DNA of 64,000 bases from Gordius albopunctatus (taxonomy: Eukaryota): contig OZ193910.1 of the NCBI GenBank assembly GCA_964276515.1, positions 1,116,001 to 1,180,000 of the forward strand. Reading direction: 5' to 3'. The translations under genes and the position numbers were made by a program. The notes beneath the pieces were generated by a model that had not been told where the DNA came from, made no database searches, and saw nothing but the letters and a program-made list of their open reading frames with translations. How positions within the stretch are numbered: position 1 is the stretch's first letter; each line of letters starts with the position of its first letter. Below, one piece after another: positions 39,901 through 55,863 of the stretch.

Positions 39901-42900
39901 ATTTTTGATAATTATCCACTTAATATGACATTTTGGTATCAATAAAGCATTTAAATCATTGATTCTAAAACAAAAATCTTAGGAAAGGCACTTTTTTAAA
40001 TCATTTTATAAAGCTTTATATTAATAGGTTATAAACTTTTTAGTATTTTTACAATTTAAGCAAACTCCCTTAAGTCATTAATTTTAACATAAAAAGCACA
40101 AATATCTGATAATAAAATTATTATTTGAAACTTTATAAAGCCTGTATAAACTTATGTTTCTGCAATTTATGCCATGCACTTAGTCTATATCATTTACAGT
40201 TTAATTTATCAATGCCTAATTCATGGGTAGAATATGAATAAGCAGGTGCTGATTGGTTTTCATCTTTTATTAAAAGACCTGATTTTATTAAGGACTCCAG
40301 TATGCAATAAATTTAAACTTTAATTCCATTTCATGATTGTCAAGTTTATGTGACACTTTTATATTAATAAAACATTAAAATCAATGATTTCAACTTAATA
40401 ATCTCTGTAAAAACACATTTACCTTATATTCTGTTTATGAAGCTTTATAAGCTATAAAAGAAAAACGTAATATTTAACAATATTATAAATTATCATGTGA
40501 AACTTTATATTATAAGCTATAAAAGACAAACTTAATATTTAACAATATTATAAAATATCATATGAAACTTTATAAGCTATAAAAGACAAACTTTTAATAT
40601 CTAGCAATATTATAAATAGCAATATTATAATTTATTATATGAAACTTTATAGCTTTAAAAAACAAATTTATAATATTATAGCAATTATAAATTATTGTAT
40701 GAAACTATATATGTTATGAAAGATAAACTTTTACTATTTTAGAAATTATAAATTATTATATGATACTTGATATACTACAAAAGACAAACTTTTAATATTT
40801 AAGCACATCACATAAGTTATTTATACTATTTAAACTTTAAATTATAGAGGACACCTTAGCCCCTTTTGAAGGTCACCTTAACCCCGGTCATTTTTCGAAG
40901 TTATACGAGTTGTCTTTTTTTTGAAACCTTTCTATAAAAAAGAGGTATTTGTATTTTTTCACTTTCTTTCTCTCAGTAGAAGAGATGAGGTCGGAAGAGG
41001 CGTTAGATTTGTCAAATATATCCCCTGTAGTGAAGTCCCAGCAGGCGTTTAGGCCACGAGCCCACGGGATGATTATTACACCGTCGGGTCTTTTACCGTC
41101 AATGGAGCTTAGGCCAGTGGGTTCCATTGAGTTGGGAAAGCCGGCTTTCTTTAAAAATTATCCGAGTATTTTATTTATTGTGGCATGACTAGGATGCCGC
41201 CCCTTGCTGTATTGGCAGTGTAGAGGATGAGGGCCTTTTGCTAGAACGGGTTGGCGACAGAGGTCGGAGTTGAATGGGGACACAATGTCGCAGCCGAGGC
41301 GTAGGCCTAGAGCTATTTGAAGTTCCTCGCCCGACAAGTGTAACCCTAGGCTTTGGCTTGGTTCAAGCCATTGAAGTGGAGATTTCCCAAAGATAGGTTG
41401 TTCGAAGTGAGGTAAGCTACGGAACGTGCTATCAGTGGTAAATCCCATTCCTTTTGGGTAGTGTTGTAAATGAAAGGCTTTTTTTGGTGAACTTTGAACG
41501 TGAACGCTTTCCTTTTTTTGATGAACGCGTTCGAATTTAATGTTCGTTCAATTTTAAAAACCCCTTTTTATTTTTATTTATTTGAAAATTAATGTTAATC
41601 CGAATTTTTAACAAAAAAGTCTTATATTTTTTTATCATCTGTTTTTCTGCTTCCTATTACCAATTCCGAAATACTTTAAACATACCATAACGTGCAAAAG
41701 AAGATAAGATTAAAGTTAATTAGTTTGATATTATTAATTATAGTTTAATTTATAGGTTAATATGGACAATCATAATATTATATCGTCGTCATCTTCAGAT
41801 TCTGAATATTCAAAATCAGAAGATGAATTGTCATTGCCATGGCCAAAATATGAAAAATATTTTTCACTCGTTTTATATAAAGGATCGAATTCAATAATTA
41901 AAATGAACGTATAAAGAATAAACTTTTAGTGTTATTGAAAAAAGGGATTGAAACCCCTAGAATTGATAATGAAAGAGCTGTCAATTCCGAGATATCATTT
42001 TTTGGCGAGGAAGTAGAGGGCGCATTGGAGGATGATATCTTGTCGCAATTTTTTGAAGCGAGGGACAAAACATTAAATGTTTTTAACAAATTTCCTCCTT
42101 TAAAAAATTTGTTTATTAAGTATAATACTCCGATCCTCTCATCTGAACCTGTGGAGCGAGTTTTTAGTATAGCTAATTCTGTATTAACTGCCAAGCGTTC
42201 CTGCTTATCAGGCGACAATTTTGAAAAGCAATTATTATTAAAAATCAATAAGAAATTTTTTTTATAAATAAATAATCTTTATATTTGCTCTATTAGATTA
42301 TATTGATTTATAATTATATTGTCGAAATAAAACTTTTATTTTTTATCATGGCTATTTATTTTATTGAAAAATATAAGAAATTTATGTATATTAAATTAAA
42401 TTTTAAAAAAATTTATCATAAAATTTTTAACGAACGTGAACGCGTGCGTTCGATTTTTTTAAAATGTTTACAGCACTACTTTTGAGTGGTTCGAGTTGGG
42501 TGAGTTGCGGAATCAAGTTTGAGGTAATCCCATGTCAGAAGGCCATTGTCGAGGTGCGGGTCTTGTGTGTGAGTAATTTGTTTGACTAACTCATCCGTCG
42601 ATAAACGGGATGAGATGAAACCTGCGAGTGAAAGTAAATGGGGGGGGGTTTGATTGTTTTTAGTGTTTCGATCTCGTTCTCGGTCCTGAAAGCAAAATTT
42701 CGTCTCGTCTCAAGTGCGATCATGAGAATCTCGTCTCAGCCTAAAAAATCTCCCGTGTCGACTTTAAAAAAATATTATGCTGAATATAAATATTTTTTGA
42801 TGTTATAAAATTATTAAATAAGTGATAAACTATTTATTTTAAGTGCAATATGAAAATAAGACTATAAATAAGGCTAAAGTATAGAATATAATTTTTTTTA

Positions 42901-43128
42901 GTTTTTGCGAACTATAACATCTATATCAACTTTACTGTCTCAAATATTAATACACAAAGTTTACCTATATTTATTTGACTTGGCTATAATTAAGGCTAAT
43001 TGGGACACTCTTTTAACACCGGGTATAGCCTAAAGCTTATAGTAAAAACCCTTTCAAAGTAAACGTTTTAGTCCATTCATATTATTACCATCATCAATTA
43101 TAGCCCATATAGCCGCCACAAACGAGTG

Positions 43129-44783
43129 CCACGGCGTAGCCAGGATTTGCTAGAGGGGGGGGGGGGGTTTAAAATTTTTGAAGCCATATTTTTTTTGGAA
43201 GTAATTTTATTTTCGACATATATTATTGAAAGTAAAGTAAAAATACAACAAAAATAAAATATAACAAAATATTTAAAAACTATAAACAATTAACATCGAC
43301 GTTTTTTAGATAAAAATGCATTAATAATATCTTCTGTTTTGGGGGTATATTGTCTATGTACATTTAACAAGGTTAATCCAGTAAGCCTAAATTAAAAATT
43401 AGTAAAACCATTTAATTTACCTTTCTTGTCCCATTGTGTTCCTGAGGTAAGTTTTTAGTCTTTTTAAAGCTGAAAAACATCTCTCATTAGAGCATGTTGT
43501 AACGGGGAGTGTGGCTAAAATATGGTATAATGTTTTTATATTTGGATGTAATTTTAATTTGGACGCATGATTGGTTAATGTTTCCAATGCAGCATTGGTA
43601 GGCAAATTCTCTAATTCACAGTCCTTGAACGACTGATACCACAATTTAATATCCGATTTGAATTGTTCTTGAGAGCCGTCAAGATCTTCTTCATAAAAAT
43701 TTGCCAATTGAAGAAAGTTATTTAATATCTCTGTTGAGAGCATGACAGGGGACTTAATTAGAAGGGAATCAAATCCCAACAGTATTTGCTTGTTTTTTTT
43801 AGAAACCTTTCATCAAGTTCCACCAAAACCGCATTTCAAAAGGAGTTATACAACGAAACTCTGTAATAAGTTTCTGGACAAGATGTTTCAATGTTTGAAC
43901 GAAGAGTTTGTCGTGAGGCTCTCCTAGGAATAGTAATTTTTAAATCATATATATCTCCTAGTGACGAGACATCATTGTAGATTGTTCTAAATTCTTCTTG
44001 GGAATTTTCCCGCAAATATTGAATCTGTATAAACGCATTTTCGGCTGCATTTATGGCCTGTGAAAGGTCTATATTAATCCTTTGCAAATAATTGCTAAGA
44101 TTAATAGTGTAAGAGAAAATTTGATTTAGATATACAAAGACAGCCAAAAGTTGGATGTCCTTAATGATGAAAGCAAAATCGCCGCATTGGACGATGATTC
44201 TTCATCGTCCCATTCACACATCTCCTCCAAGGTAGCAAATATCGCTTCCTTCGCTTCACAGAATCTTTGAACATAATTGTGCTTTTGTGTCCATCTAGTT
44301 TCACACAGTGATATTAATTTTGAGAATTTAGGGTTATCCGACAATGACAATACTTTAGAAGTGAAAAGATTAAATCTTTTGGGGGTTGATATAAAATCAG
44401 TGATTTTTTTTGACAAGACTATTTGTATCTTTCTCCTCAGAAATGCAAATGTTACTCTTTTTAGGGAAGTATGTATAAATGGAATATCGCTTCATAATAA
44501 GGCGCGGAACTTAAATTTACAAATAAGATCAGTTTGGAAGCTTTTAATCAAAAATACAAATCCCGAAATTCAAAATTTATTAACTTGTCGACTTAATTTT
44601 TTAACATATATATATATAAATATAAACGCAGCACTTGACACTAGCTAAATTAATTATAATCATGATTATCAATAATTTTGTGTTGTCAATAATTTTGTAT
44701 TGTGTTTTGAAAAAAATAATATCCAGGAGGAGGGGGGGGGGGTTCAAACCCGAAACCCCCCCCCCCCCTTCCCTACGCGCTTG
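43129..44783 (-). mobile_element. Copy of the THAP12/ZMYM1-like hAT element with transposase pseudogene
   Basis: Reverse complement of 26808-28462. Confidence 0.85.
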
Positions 44784-45402
44784 AACGAGTGTGTACTTTT
44801 AATATTGGAATTTATAAAATTTATACCCAGCACACATGGACGTAGCCAGGGGGGGGGGGCGAAACGATTAAAGGTTCAATTAGGGGGCAGGGGCAAAACA
44901 TAAATTTTTGTAATTTTTAAGGTTTTTTCCAAATTTTTCCCCGGTCATTCAAGAGGAGGGGGGCGCCTATGCCTGCACATATTGGAACGTTGTGAAACAA
45001 CTAGTGCAATAAGAACATACGGTTAATTATTTTGTTATTAGTTGTACATACATATATTAATTTATACCAAAAAATCAATATAATCAAAAGTAAACTCTGA
45101 TATTCATGTTTAAGGCCCAGTTTTAAATTCCAAAAAATTTCCTCCCATTTCAAATTAACGTTGCCGTTAAATACTTATTTTTTAATACGGTATATATCGT
45201 ATATTTAATTTGCAGAATTCCCATATAGAAATTACTGTTGAATGCACCTGCCAACTTTATTTTATAAACTTTAGAAGATAATAACAACCCCTTTCAGGGG
45301 TGCCCGCAATTAAATTAAAAGAATACTCTAATTAGCGCCATCTATGGGCAATTTTAATTAGAGACTAATTTGAACTATGTATATCATCCCTATCTTTTTT
45401 AG

Positions 45403-45497
45403 TATGTGACTCGAAAATGATAACAACAGACATATAACGTTTTCGCTCTTATTAGAGCTCATCAGTATGCCATCATAGTTAATTTTCTAGTCACATA
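45403..45497 (-). ncRNA. Copy of the hammerhead ribozyme-like motif
   Basis: Reverse complement of 26094-26188. Confidence 0.75.
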
Positions 45498-46150
45498 GTA
45501 AGCGAGATAGGTGTTATATATAAGGCACAAAATAGATTTAAAAGTTCTTCTTTTTTAAATAATAATTTTGGAAAAAATATTTTATTCAAGTCCAAATTTC
45601 ATCTACTTCCCCATGATTTCTATTATCAATTGTAATTAATATTATATTGTTTGGAATGAAAAATGAAAGTTCTACCATACAATTGTTTTTAAAAACTATA
45701 TAGCTGATTTAGTTTTGTATAAAAAAAGCTTGACTGTATATAAAAAATGTTTATTAAATATAATATTTAAAAAATGAACTGAACTATGAACTAGTTTATT
45801 TTTTTTTAGCAGTATTATATCATTTTTTATTTTTGTAAAGAGAATTACATATTTTGTGAAGGTAAGATAAATAAATTTAAAAATTAAGAATCGTAGATAT
45901 TGGGAAGACATTCGGTTATGGCTAATGAATTATATTTACAGATAGTTATGCCGATTTTCTGTCTTCAGCCGGGGCTCTGGAAATTTCAAAATACTCAGAT
46001 ATTAACAATACTACTATAATGTTTTGTCCCATTGCGATGACTACCCTAACAACCCTTGGCCCCCTAGCCTTACAACTTTTTAAAAAAATAAGGAAACAAA
46101 TTTCATTGCTATTTCAAATGTAAATTGAATTCAACTTTTATAGCTAAGTA

Positions 46151-46542
46151 CATGGGCGTAGGCAGGGGGGGGCAGGGGGGGCGGCCGCCCCCCCCTGAAT
46201 GAGAATTTTTCTATTTTTTAATGTAAATTTATGTAAAAATTGGAAAAAATTAGTGTTTCGCCCCCCCCTGATTGAAATTAAGTTTTATGTTGAAAATTTT
46301 ATTTCACGAACTTTTGACGCATACATCGTTTACATATCCTCTGTACACTGTACTGTTGATTAATAATGAGTTTTTATGTGGGTTGAGGCCAAAGAATAGC
46401 AAAATATTTTAATTACTAACGTTAAATACCAAAAAAAGGTGTTGAGGTGTTGGTGACCTTTTTTTTTTTTTTTTGCTCTCACTTAGTCTCGGCGATTTTT
46501 TTTGCTCGCCCCCCCCTGATCCGAAAGCTGGCTACGCCCATG
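46151..46542. mobile_element. Copy of the 392-bp hAT MITE
   Basis: Mirror of 25049-25440; TSD GCTAAGTA. Confidence 0.92.
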
Positions 46543-47744
46543 GCTAAGTATACTTTGTTAACAAAGTATCTATGAATCATACAAATTCGTAGAAATAAAG
46601 TGAATATTTAAAGCGAATATATGATGAACTCGAGTTCATTTTAGGCAGGTTCCTTGTTTTGGCAAAACTTGTTATCTATGAATCATATAATTTAGTAAAA
46701 ACAAATTAAACATTAATAAAGATTATATATGATGAACTCAAGTTCATTGTACCTAGGAACCTTGTTTTTCCCAAAATTTGTTATTTATGTATTATATAAA
46801 TTAATAGAAACAAATTAATGAATAGAGAATACAAAATGAACTCGGGTTCAATGTTGCAGTTAGCTTGTTATTGCAAAACATGGCTTTGATATTAATCGAA
46901 TACCGAGAAATAGGGTAATTATAACATATATGTTCACTATCTTATAGCTCTTGGTCTTGTTATTGTTTTTCAAACACGAAAACACGAAAACGCTCAACTT
47001 TATAAAATAAAATGTTATAAGATCGTTTTGCAAAGTACATCACGTACCTTTCGCCTTATTCAGTTTTAATACTAACACATTCATTAATAACCTTTCCTAT
47101 TTTAGGTTCAGTTCTTTATAAATATCCTTCTTGTGTATATGATTACATATGAATAGCAATGAATTAAGCACATGAATATATAAATTAATTAATAAAATTT
47201 ATAAATTTGGGTAAAATGTAAAAATAGTGGCCGCCGGATACTTATCTAAGCGGATAAAGGGACTATGATGATAAAGGCAGCGATGGCTTAACTGGGGCGA
47301 GGGTCAATGTAGTTAGAGCCTTGCACGGTTCGCTCAAGGCCCGAAAAATAATCGGGCCTAATGGGCCAACCCGACTTGCGGTTTTAGCCCGGCCCAAACC
47401 AACTCGAATGAGGAACCAATGTAACTTTTATGCTTCAAAAAGTGTTCATAGAAAATTAAATTTTTAAATTTTATTTACAAAAGAGGCTTGTCAAATAAGC
47501 TCACATAACGCATGTCTTTTCTGGATATATATGGTACAATAGGGTAATTTTCCGAACCTTGGTTCAATTTCCTTGTAATTTCCCTTTATTTTATTATAAT
47601 AATATTTCAAATATTTCATTTTTAAAGAATGTTTCACTATATTTTGAAGCTATTTAATATTCAATTCATATTGGCGCTTAAATCATTTGTTTTTTTTTCG
47701 ATTTCATAATCAGTAATTAAGTTAATTAGCTTATCATGTCTAAT

Positions 47745-48260
47745 TAGAGCCCCAGCCCGACCCGGGTCAGGCCGCGTTCGGGCAGAATTTGATAAAATTC
47801 GGGTCTCGGGCTCGGAATAAGTATTTAAAACTGTAATAAATCTATTTAATTAATAATAAATATTCCTTTTTCATTAAGTTAATATTTATTTTCATAATAT
47901 AAAATTTTTTTTTCACATCACAAACTCTCTTTCAGCTGACCCAAATTCTTTCATATATTTCCTATTGCTAGGTACCAATTATTTAGCCAAATAAGTACTA
48001 AGCCAAAGCAACGCTTGGCCGGGCACAGCTAGTATTTTATAAAGTTAGATTTTAGTTTAAAATTATTAGATGAATAAATTTAGTGAAAATGGATTTCTTA
48101 CAAGCTTATTCTTGTAAATTGAGATTAATAACATTCTAATGCATTTTATATTTGGATGGTGAAATAGATATCAAAAATATAATTTTTTTAAAATTTTATT
48201 TGAAAATTCGGGTCGGGCTCGGGTCGGGCTCAAAAATAAAAAGTTTTTCGGGCTTGGGGG
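47745..48260 (+). mobile_element. hAT-like non-autonomous remnant with CCCGA/TCGGG subterminal motifs (copies 1-450 partial, 23331-23846)
   Basis: Begins TAGAGCCC like the TIR of the element at 61415; repeated CGGGTCGGGCT; second terminus not found. Confidence 0.5.
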
Positions 48261-50129
48261 ATTGGTGAAAAGGCAATGACTAGATTGCAATCCTGCTTGG
48301 CGTCGCATGAAGGTAAGCGAGGGACCGCGACATTAAACTTGCATCCAAATCTATTTGGGCATAGAATTGTAGGATATTAACTCCTAAATTGACATTGTCA
48401 TTCCATAGTGACAAGGCTTGATTGATGAAATGATTGAGTGAGAAATGGATTGTTTAAAAGATAGGGAGGAAGAGATAAAAGTGGCTAAGGAAATCGCAGT
48501 TGGTTGGAGACCACAAGATTTTGTAAGAAGAGTGGCTTGAAGCCAAGTATTTCTGCAAAAAGATCAACTGAAAAGCAATTCGAGCCTGGATTTAGAAAGC
48601 TTTGATAATTTTGTAAATATTTTAAATAAGAAAGCTTGCGGGGAATGGAGACAAAATAAAATTTTGCTTAAGTTGTAAGAATTTTTTATAATTGGAAGTA
48701 ATGGTGAGAGGGCATATATTCAAAAATTTCTTATTTGGTTTTAAAAATGGAAAGTTTTTCGTCTAAAAAGTTTCTAAAATACTCGAGTGTCCCGATAGGT
48801 GCGCCTAAAACATACATGTCATCTTTTTTTAATTTGGGCAAAGTTAAAGAACTTTGAGTGAATAATATCCAAGTCAGTATAAATTTCACTTTTTGAGGGT
48901 TTAAAGATAAGTTTAAATTGGGATAATAATGAAATACATCTACGGCTTGAATCAGGTTTTCAGGAGTGCTGACAAGAGGGGCATCATTTAGTTCTACCCA
49001 ACATTAAGGGTGAGTTTAAAAAGTTTTTTAATCTCATTAATTACGTTATTTATAGCCAAACATAATAAATGGGGGGGGGGCTATGGGGTCGCCATGTTGG
49101 ATCCTCTTATTCAAGGAAGAATTCTCCGAATTTCAGCATCGAAGGGCGTCACTGACTTAAAATGATGTACTACTTGGTTTAATGCGGAAATAGCTTGAAA
49201 ATCATTGATGAATGCTGTTCGAGGAATGCTATTAAAATAATTTTAAAAATCCAGTTTAGGAGTCAGCCAGAGTGGTGAGGTGTTGCAGGGCTAAGCGTGC
49301 GCCATGGGTAGCTATCTCGCACCCTCATAGGGCTTTAAAGCCTAGTTGATGCGGAATAAATGGCCGGGTGATGATAGCTTAGAATATGTTTTATACAAGG
49401 TCGCGGCGCTTTCATCAAATATGTACATTAGTTTATCCAGAAATGTTATCTCTCTCATTCGTCATGTATAGCTGCATGTAAGGTAATATATTTTTTGTTA
49501 AAATGCACTCAACAACAAAACGTTATTAAAGAATCTGTTGAAAGCTCAATATATCGTCTTCAATTGTTTTATACTATGTTATAATTGTTTTATGAATCCC
49601 ACCGGAGAGTAGCACGTAAATGTTAGGCCAAAACATTTTTGTCACCTTATTCTTCAATTCCTTTATTTAGTGAATTGCCTCCTTTCGAAAATAGCTTAAG
49701 CGCTTTCCAAATATTTTACTTATCGAGGATATGTAGGTAAACTGATTTTGCTGCCATCTTCTATAAGCTAATCATTAGCAAGCACTACTAAGCTATTAAT
49801 TAATATCCAATTTTTTTACGTATATTTATAACTAGGTTCAAGGAATAATCTATAATTTTAATGAATCGATGCAATGGCAATCAAAAACATACATAATATT
49901 TGTATTTGCTTCTAGCTTTTGATTAAAATTCTACGACCATGGGGGTAGGCAACTTTGGAATTAGATAATTGGAGAATGAACATTTCAATTGGATGGACAG
50001 CTTGTAACTGGGATGACAATTCCTAATATAGAAAAACGCGAATATGTATACCTACTAATAATTCATTAAGACTTAAATTGGATGTCGGCCGCCTCGTATC
50101 AACTGACACATAACTTTAAAAATTAATTA

Positions 50130-51058
50130 GGGGAGACTGGGGCAAGTGGTAGCCCGGGGTTACTATTATATTTTTGCTTATTTTTTAAAATAATAATGAT
50201 ATTAAATCAAAATTTAAACTAAATGTGTATTTTTCTATAAGGTAAAAGTAAAAAAATTTTTGTTTCGAAAAAATAAAATTTAAAATTTTTATAGAACAAA
50301 AAACGCTTTTTCGGGGCTATTAGTAGCCTTGACAAATTTTTTTATTTTGGACATAAAATTTTAATTTAACTCTTATCTTATATGTAAAGGGAGATTTTTT
50401 ATATAAAAACCATCTAATGATTAAATTTTTATATGCAATATAACATCTTAATTTATTGATTGTTTATGAAAAGATGGGTCGGGGCTAGTCGGAGAGGTGG
50501 CTATTGCTAGCCATTTTTCATTGTGTCTTACAAATGACAAGATTTAAAAAACAAAAATCTTGTTTATAATTCAACTTACTGTAATTAGGAATATAAATAT
50601 GATTATACTTTAAAAAAATGACTAAAACCTTTTTTACATAGCAGAAAATGTCTTTTAGATGTACTTAAGTCAGATTGTCATCTTGACCCTTTTTTATTTG
50701 TTTTATATAAAATACAGTCATATTACTTTTGCAGTTTCTACATTTTTTTTATAATGAAACAATCTTTTTATCGATTTGAGTTAGCCTTAGCATACACTAC
50801 ACTAATAAGAAGTGAAAACGTCAGAGTTAATCTATCGGCTATGACTAGCCCCGGGCATTTTTTAAATTTTTTGGATTTTTGTTTTTTTTTTAAAACTTAA
50901 TTTGTGAGAAATCTATTAATTATTTCCCTCCAAATTTCTTTCCTATAGTAAAAATAGACCTTAAAAATATATCCCAACAAAAAAGTTGGAAAAATAATTT
51001 TTAGTTTTTTTTGAAACGCGTTTTAATTTTTTATGGCTAGAGTAGCCCCGGTCTCCCC
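50130..51058. mobile_element. Copy of the 929-bp pogo-type element
   Basis: Matches 2320-3248 at offset 47810. Confidence 0.88.
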
Positions 51059-52074
51059 TAACTGTTAGTAAATATTATACATATTCTACCACCAAAATCG
51101 CTAACAATTCTTGTAAGTTGGATTTAAAATAACTAATAGTATATATATAAATATATCTAGGAAACTGTTTACTTTTTTAATTTCAATATATAAGAGCTTT
51201 ACAACTCTTAATTTAAATATCAGGCTCAAAGTGTAGGTCTTTTCAGTCTAATATCACAACTTCATCTTTTGAAAAAGGCGTGGCAGGTCGAAAATTGGTA
51301 GGATAGCGGTTAAAAATTTAGAGATAAAATCCTTTAACCTTATTTAAAATAGCAATGATGACTTATAAATATAAAATTTGACAAAGAACACAATTGATAA
51401 CATTCTTTGCATTAAGTTGTGTGGACTTTACCCGTATTTAACTCTTTTAGAAAAATAAATTATACATTGAAAATGAATAACAGCCCCCCCCCCCATATCC
51501 CTATTACTCAAAATAAAAATAGGTGATGGGAAACACAAACTAGCTACTTTCATTTTTATCACTTGTCTTTCCTGCAACAACTTTGAGTTTCTATTATATG
51601 AGAAAATGTAAAAATTTTAGACATTTTTTAGTATGCCACATAAACGTTTGAAAAAATAACTAATTTTATCTTGACAAAATACTAATGTTAGAGTTAACAT
51701 AGTTATCATTTGATGAGGCAGAAGGACTAGTTTTTAGCAATTATATTACAAATTAATGTTTTTAAACGATGCCAAAAATTAACATCTATTTCATCACTGT
51801 ATCATCTCACTTTTAAAATGTTTGTATTATTCATCTGCTAGTTGTAGTTACATTATCGTTCAAACATTTTATTAAATCAATCTACGATGGAGTTATAGTA
51901 AACATAAGGAATCCTCTCCTCCTATCACAGCCTGCCAACAACTATATTTAGGTTGGGCCACGTTGTTTGTTTTCCTTTTCATTGAGCCAATGAGGAAAGG
52001 GCTATTATTACAAAATAACATTCATCCTAACTTCCTCAAATATTTTATAATATCATTAATTTAATTTATTCATA

Positions 52075-53353
52075 ATGAAACAACTATATCACGTATTCAT
52101 TGCGTTTCTAATATTTAGTATTGCTTTCGAAGGCTACAACTTTTGCTGTCCAGTATATAATGAAGTAAACCTTGTTCTATACCTGTTCACATTAAGGAAA
52201 AATATATATTAATAATCATAACAATTTTATGTTTAAAATTCAAAGAATATTGTTTAGATCAATTGATAAATGTAATTTTAGGGTTCACCAAAAGTTTCTC
52301 TTGACTTAAACGGGACTATTGCTCTACCTGTAATGAATGCAACCTACGCACTATACATGATCGGAGGTGAGATGCCATTCCTCAAAATTTTATATTTTTT
52401 TAATTTTATTTCATTCTCTCTTAATTAAGTTGCCTTTATATTTTAAGTTATTCCTCTCAAGATTTAGTTAGAATCCTAAGATTGAAGAATTTTAGTTTGC
52501 GTTTTTAATAAGATCAATGAAATGGTATTAGGCGATATATATCTAAATTGTTTTACCACAAGACCTAGCTACCGCTTAATGGAATTTTCTGTTTAATGTG
52601 TTTAAATTTGAATCCTTTCGCTAAGAAATATTACTTTTTGTTAAATAATATAGTATAAGGCTTACTTACGCCTATATATAATCAATACTATGATTGAAAA
52701 GTTGACATTTTTATGTAGAGTATGAGAAGGATAAATTTAATAGTTATGGTGTATTCTACAAGTCCGATGAAAATTCGAAATACGAAGCTCTAACAAGGAA
52801 GGATTATGAATTTATACCAGGTAGCCATTGCAAATTTGTCATATTACACAAATAAAAAGCTACATATGGTTATAAAAAGATGACGTGTTAATAAATTAAA
52901 TAATTATATAAATTAATTTTTTAACGTAGTGGAGAGAAGTTAGGAATTTTGTGTGCCTTAGATTCTTATTTGACTCTGTTTGTACAATAATGTTTAATGA
53001 TTCGGTTAATCTTATATAAAAAATCTTCACAACGAATTTCTTGCATTTTATTTTTAAATAAATTTAATTGAGATAATAACAACACATATATTATGTGTTA
53101 TTAAAGGGAAAACATATTTGGCTATGCAATGGAAACTCACTAATCCTTTACAACAAGACTGGATCCCCACTTTCAAGTAAATAAGTTTTGATGTTATTGA
53201 ACAACGTTTCAATTTAGCACATCTTTATACGAAGGTCATGAACGGTTTGAAATGACGAAAAAAGGTCTGGGTGATAATGGGTGGAATTCATTGCTTTGTG
53301 CTAAATTTTCAGTTAGCCATCAATGTCAATCATATAGACTTCATATTGGTTAA
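52075..53353 (+). CDS. Copy E of the signal-peptide gene
   Basis: Matches copy A at offset 47810. Confidence 0.62.
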
Positions 53354-55863
53354 TCAAACATAACAATATTTTTGAGTTGATATTATGTAACGTTGGAGTT
53401 GTGCTGAATAAACTTAATTACACCACATCATAGTATGTATGTATACTTCTTTCCCTTTCAAAAACTGATTTTTTGTTAAGAAGCTGCTTACCAAAAGTTA
53501 TTATAATATTTAATTCCCCCTACCCAGCCAAATGATGATATTACTAACTTAAAGACATTTTATATTATCCATCGTCGTAGGTTAAACATTAAATTTGTAC
53601 AAAATAAAAGATGACGCTAAATTTGATGGGCACAATTTTCGCAGACATTTTTCCATGTTACTCATCCTAATTTATAGAAAATCAAAGGCATTTTTATTTG
53701 CTATGCAATTTGGTTCTTTTTATCATTGATTTAAGGCAAAATGATCAAATACAGTAAAAATCTTCGGTACTTTACATAAACTACACTTTTACACAAAAAA
53801 GGTTTGCTAAGTATGCTGAGTGCAAAAATTAAATAGTTTAATATGCCATATTGTATACAATAAAACTTGAGTGGAGTTCAATATAAACCTCATTGATAAC
53901 CGAATTCATAACAATGGCAGGCATCAAATGTCATGCTATTCTAATCTTAATAAACTTAAAATCTTAACAGTGCAACCTTAAACGTAGATATCCCCAATGA
54001 TGTTCTAACCAGCATAGACAAATTTAGGATGTTACAACTTTATCATACACAATGCTTAGGTATATTCACCTAATTTATATAATTATTAATTATTAGATAC
54101 GGTATTAAACTAAAGGAGTTCCCTTTTAACGTTTGTAATACTCTCTGGCTTAGGATATTTTGGCTATCTGTGTGTGATTTAAAAAGTTCTGTTGTGAATT
54201 TCTTGATGGGAAATTTGTGCTTTCCATAGGGAGCCTGAGCTGAGAGCTGCATGTTTTGACAAAGTTGCAAACTTCCCATATTTTAGAAATTACAAAAAAT
54301 TAAGGTTTTTTCCACACGAGGAATCTAAAATAAGGATTCTGAAAAAGACATAATCTAATACAGATTTATTTCAATACATATTTTTACCCTGAAAATCAAT
54401 AACGTAATTTCTTTAACAATACTGAAATTGGAAAGCTTTCGTTTAAATACATAAAACTGTAATAGTTTAAAATATTTTTAGTATATTATAAAAAGAAGTG
54501 GTTTGTATAAATAATACTGATGCTAGTGAAATCATCTGAAGAATTTTTTTAAATAGTGCTTACTTAATGAATTTAGGCCATTTATAGATCGCTCGATTAT
54601 TAGTTTAAGGTAGCACCTCTCTCATTATAAAATGGAGCAAATATCTTTTTGCAACACTTATAAGACTGATAAAAACTAGAGTTAAATGTGTTCAAAAAAG
54701 GATATTTCTTTAGAATATAAGCTTTTAAGGGTCTTGAGCAGTATTGTAGCTCAATCAGAGATACTAATTGGTTTTGGGGGCAATAGGTGCTTATCGATGT
54801 AATTAGTAATAAAAAAATAACTATAACCGCAAGGTTGAAAATTTTAAAATACCTTCGGGTCGGGTCGGGTTGAAGGTTATAAATCTTATATTGCATAACA
54901 AACATATCTTTCAAATTAATGCTATTACATATAAAACATTTTTTAATTAATATCGAAATGTATCATTAATTAATCTCATTCATTCATTTTGTATCTGGCC
55001 AATTTCAAACTCTACATAGGTAAAATATATAATAACTATAATATTTATTATTAATTAAGTGAATTATTATGGATCCACATAAATTACAGAAGCTGATTGA
55101 CAATAAAATCTTTAGAGTGGAAAAGAATTTGGTTGGTAAATCCAAGGTTTGGCAATTATTCCATTTCATATATGACGAAAATGACAAGATAATAGACTTT
55201 GTTAGATGCTCAACCTCTTTTCGTGTCTGGTCGTTTTTGGGTTGAAAAATTTTTAAACGCTATGGGTCGGGTCGGGTTCGGGTTGAAAAATTAAAAACGC
55301 TTTCGGGTCGGGTCGGTTCGGGTGGAAAAATTAAAAACGCTTTCGGTTCGGGTTCGGGTTGAAAAATTAAAAAAGCTTTCGGGTCGGGTTCGGGTGGAAA
55401 AATTAAAAACGCTTTCCGGTCGGGTTCGGGTGGAAAAATTACAAACGCTTTCGGGTTGGGTTCGGGTTGAAAAATTAAAAACGCTTTCGGGTCGGGTTCG
55501 GGTTGAAAAATTAAAAACGCTTTCGGGTCGGGTTCGGGTTGAAAAACTAAAAACACTTTCGGGTCGGGTTCGGGTTGAAAAAATGTGACTTTGCAGGGCT
55601 CTACCTCCTATATTTAGGTAGTAAAAAATCGTTAGACCAATAATCAAGCACTCTAAACAGTTTTTCTTATTCAAAGTTAAAAACATAATTAAAATGATGA
55701 AGTATAGAAAGCGGATAAAATGACAAACCTGCTAGAAAAAACTGGCCAGCTGTCGAAAAGGAATTTTAAACAAATTAGTGAAAAATAAATAAAGTTAAAG
55801 GCTATTGTTGGCTTACACGGTCCGGACCCTGTTTATTTCGCCAAGGCGGATAATTTAGAAGTA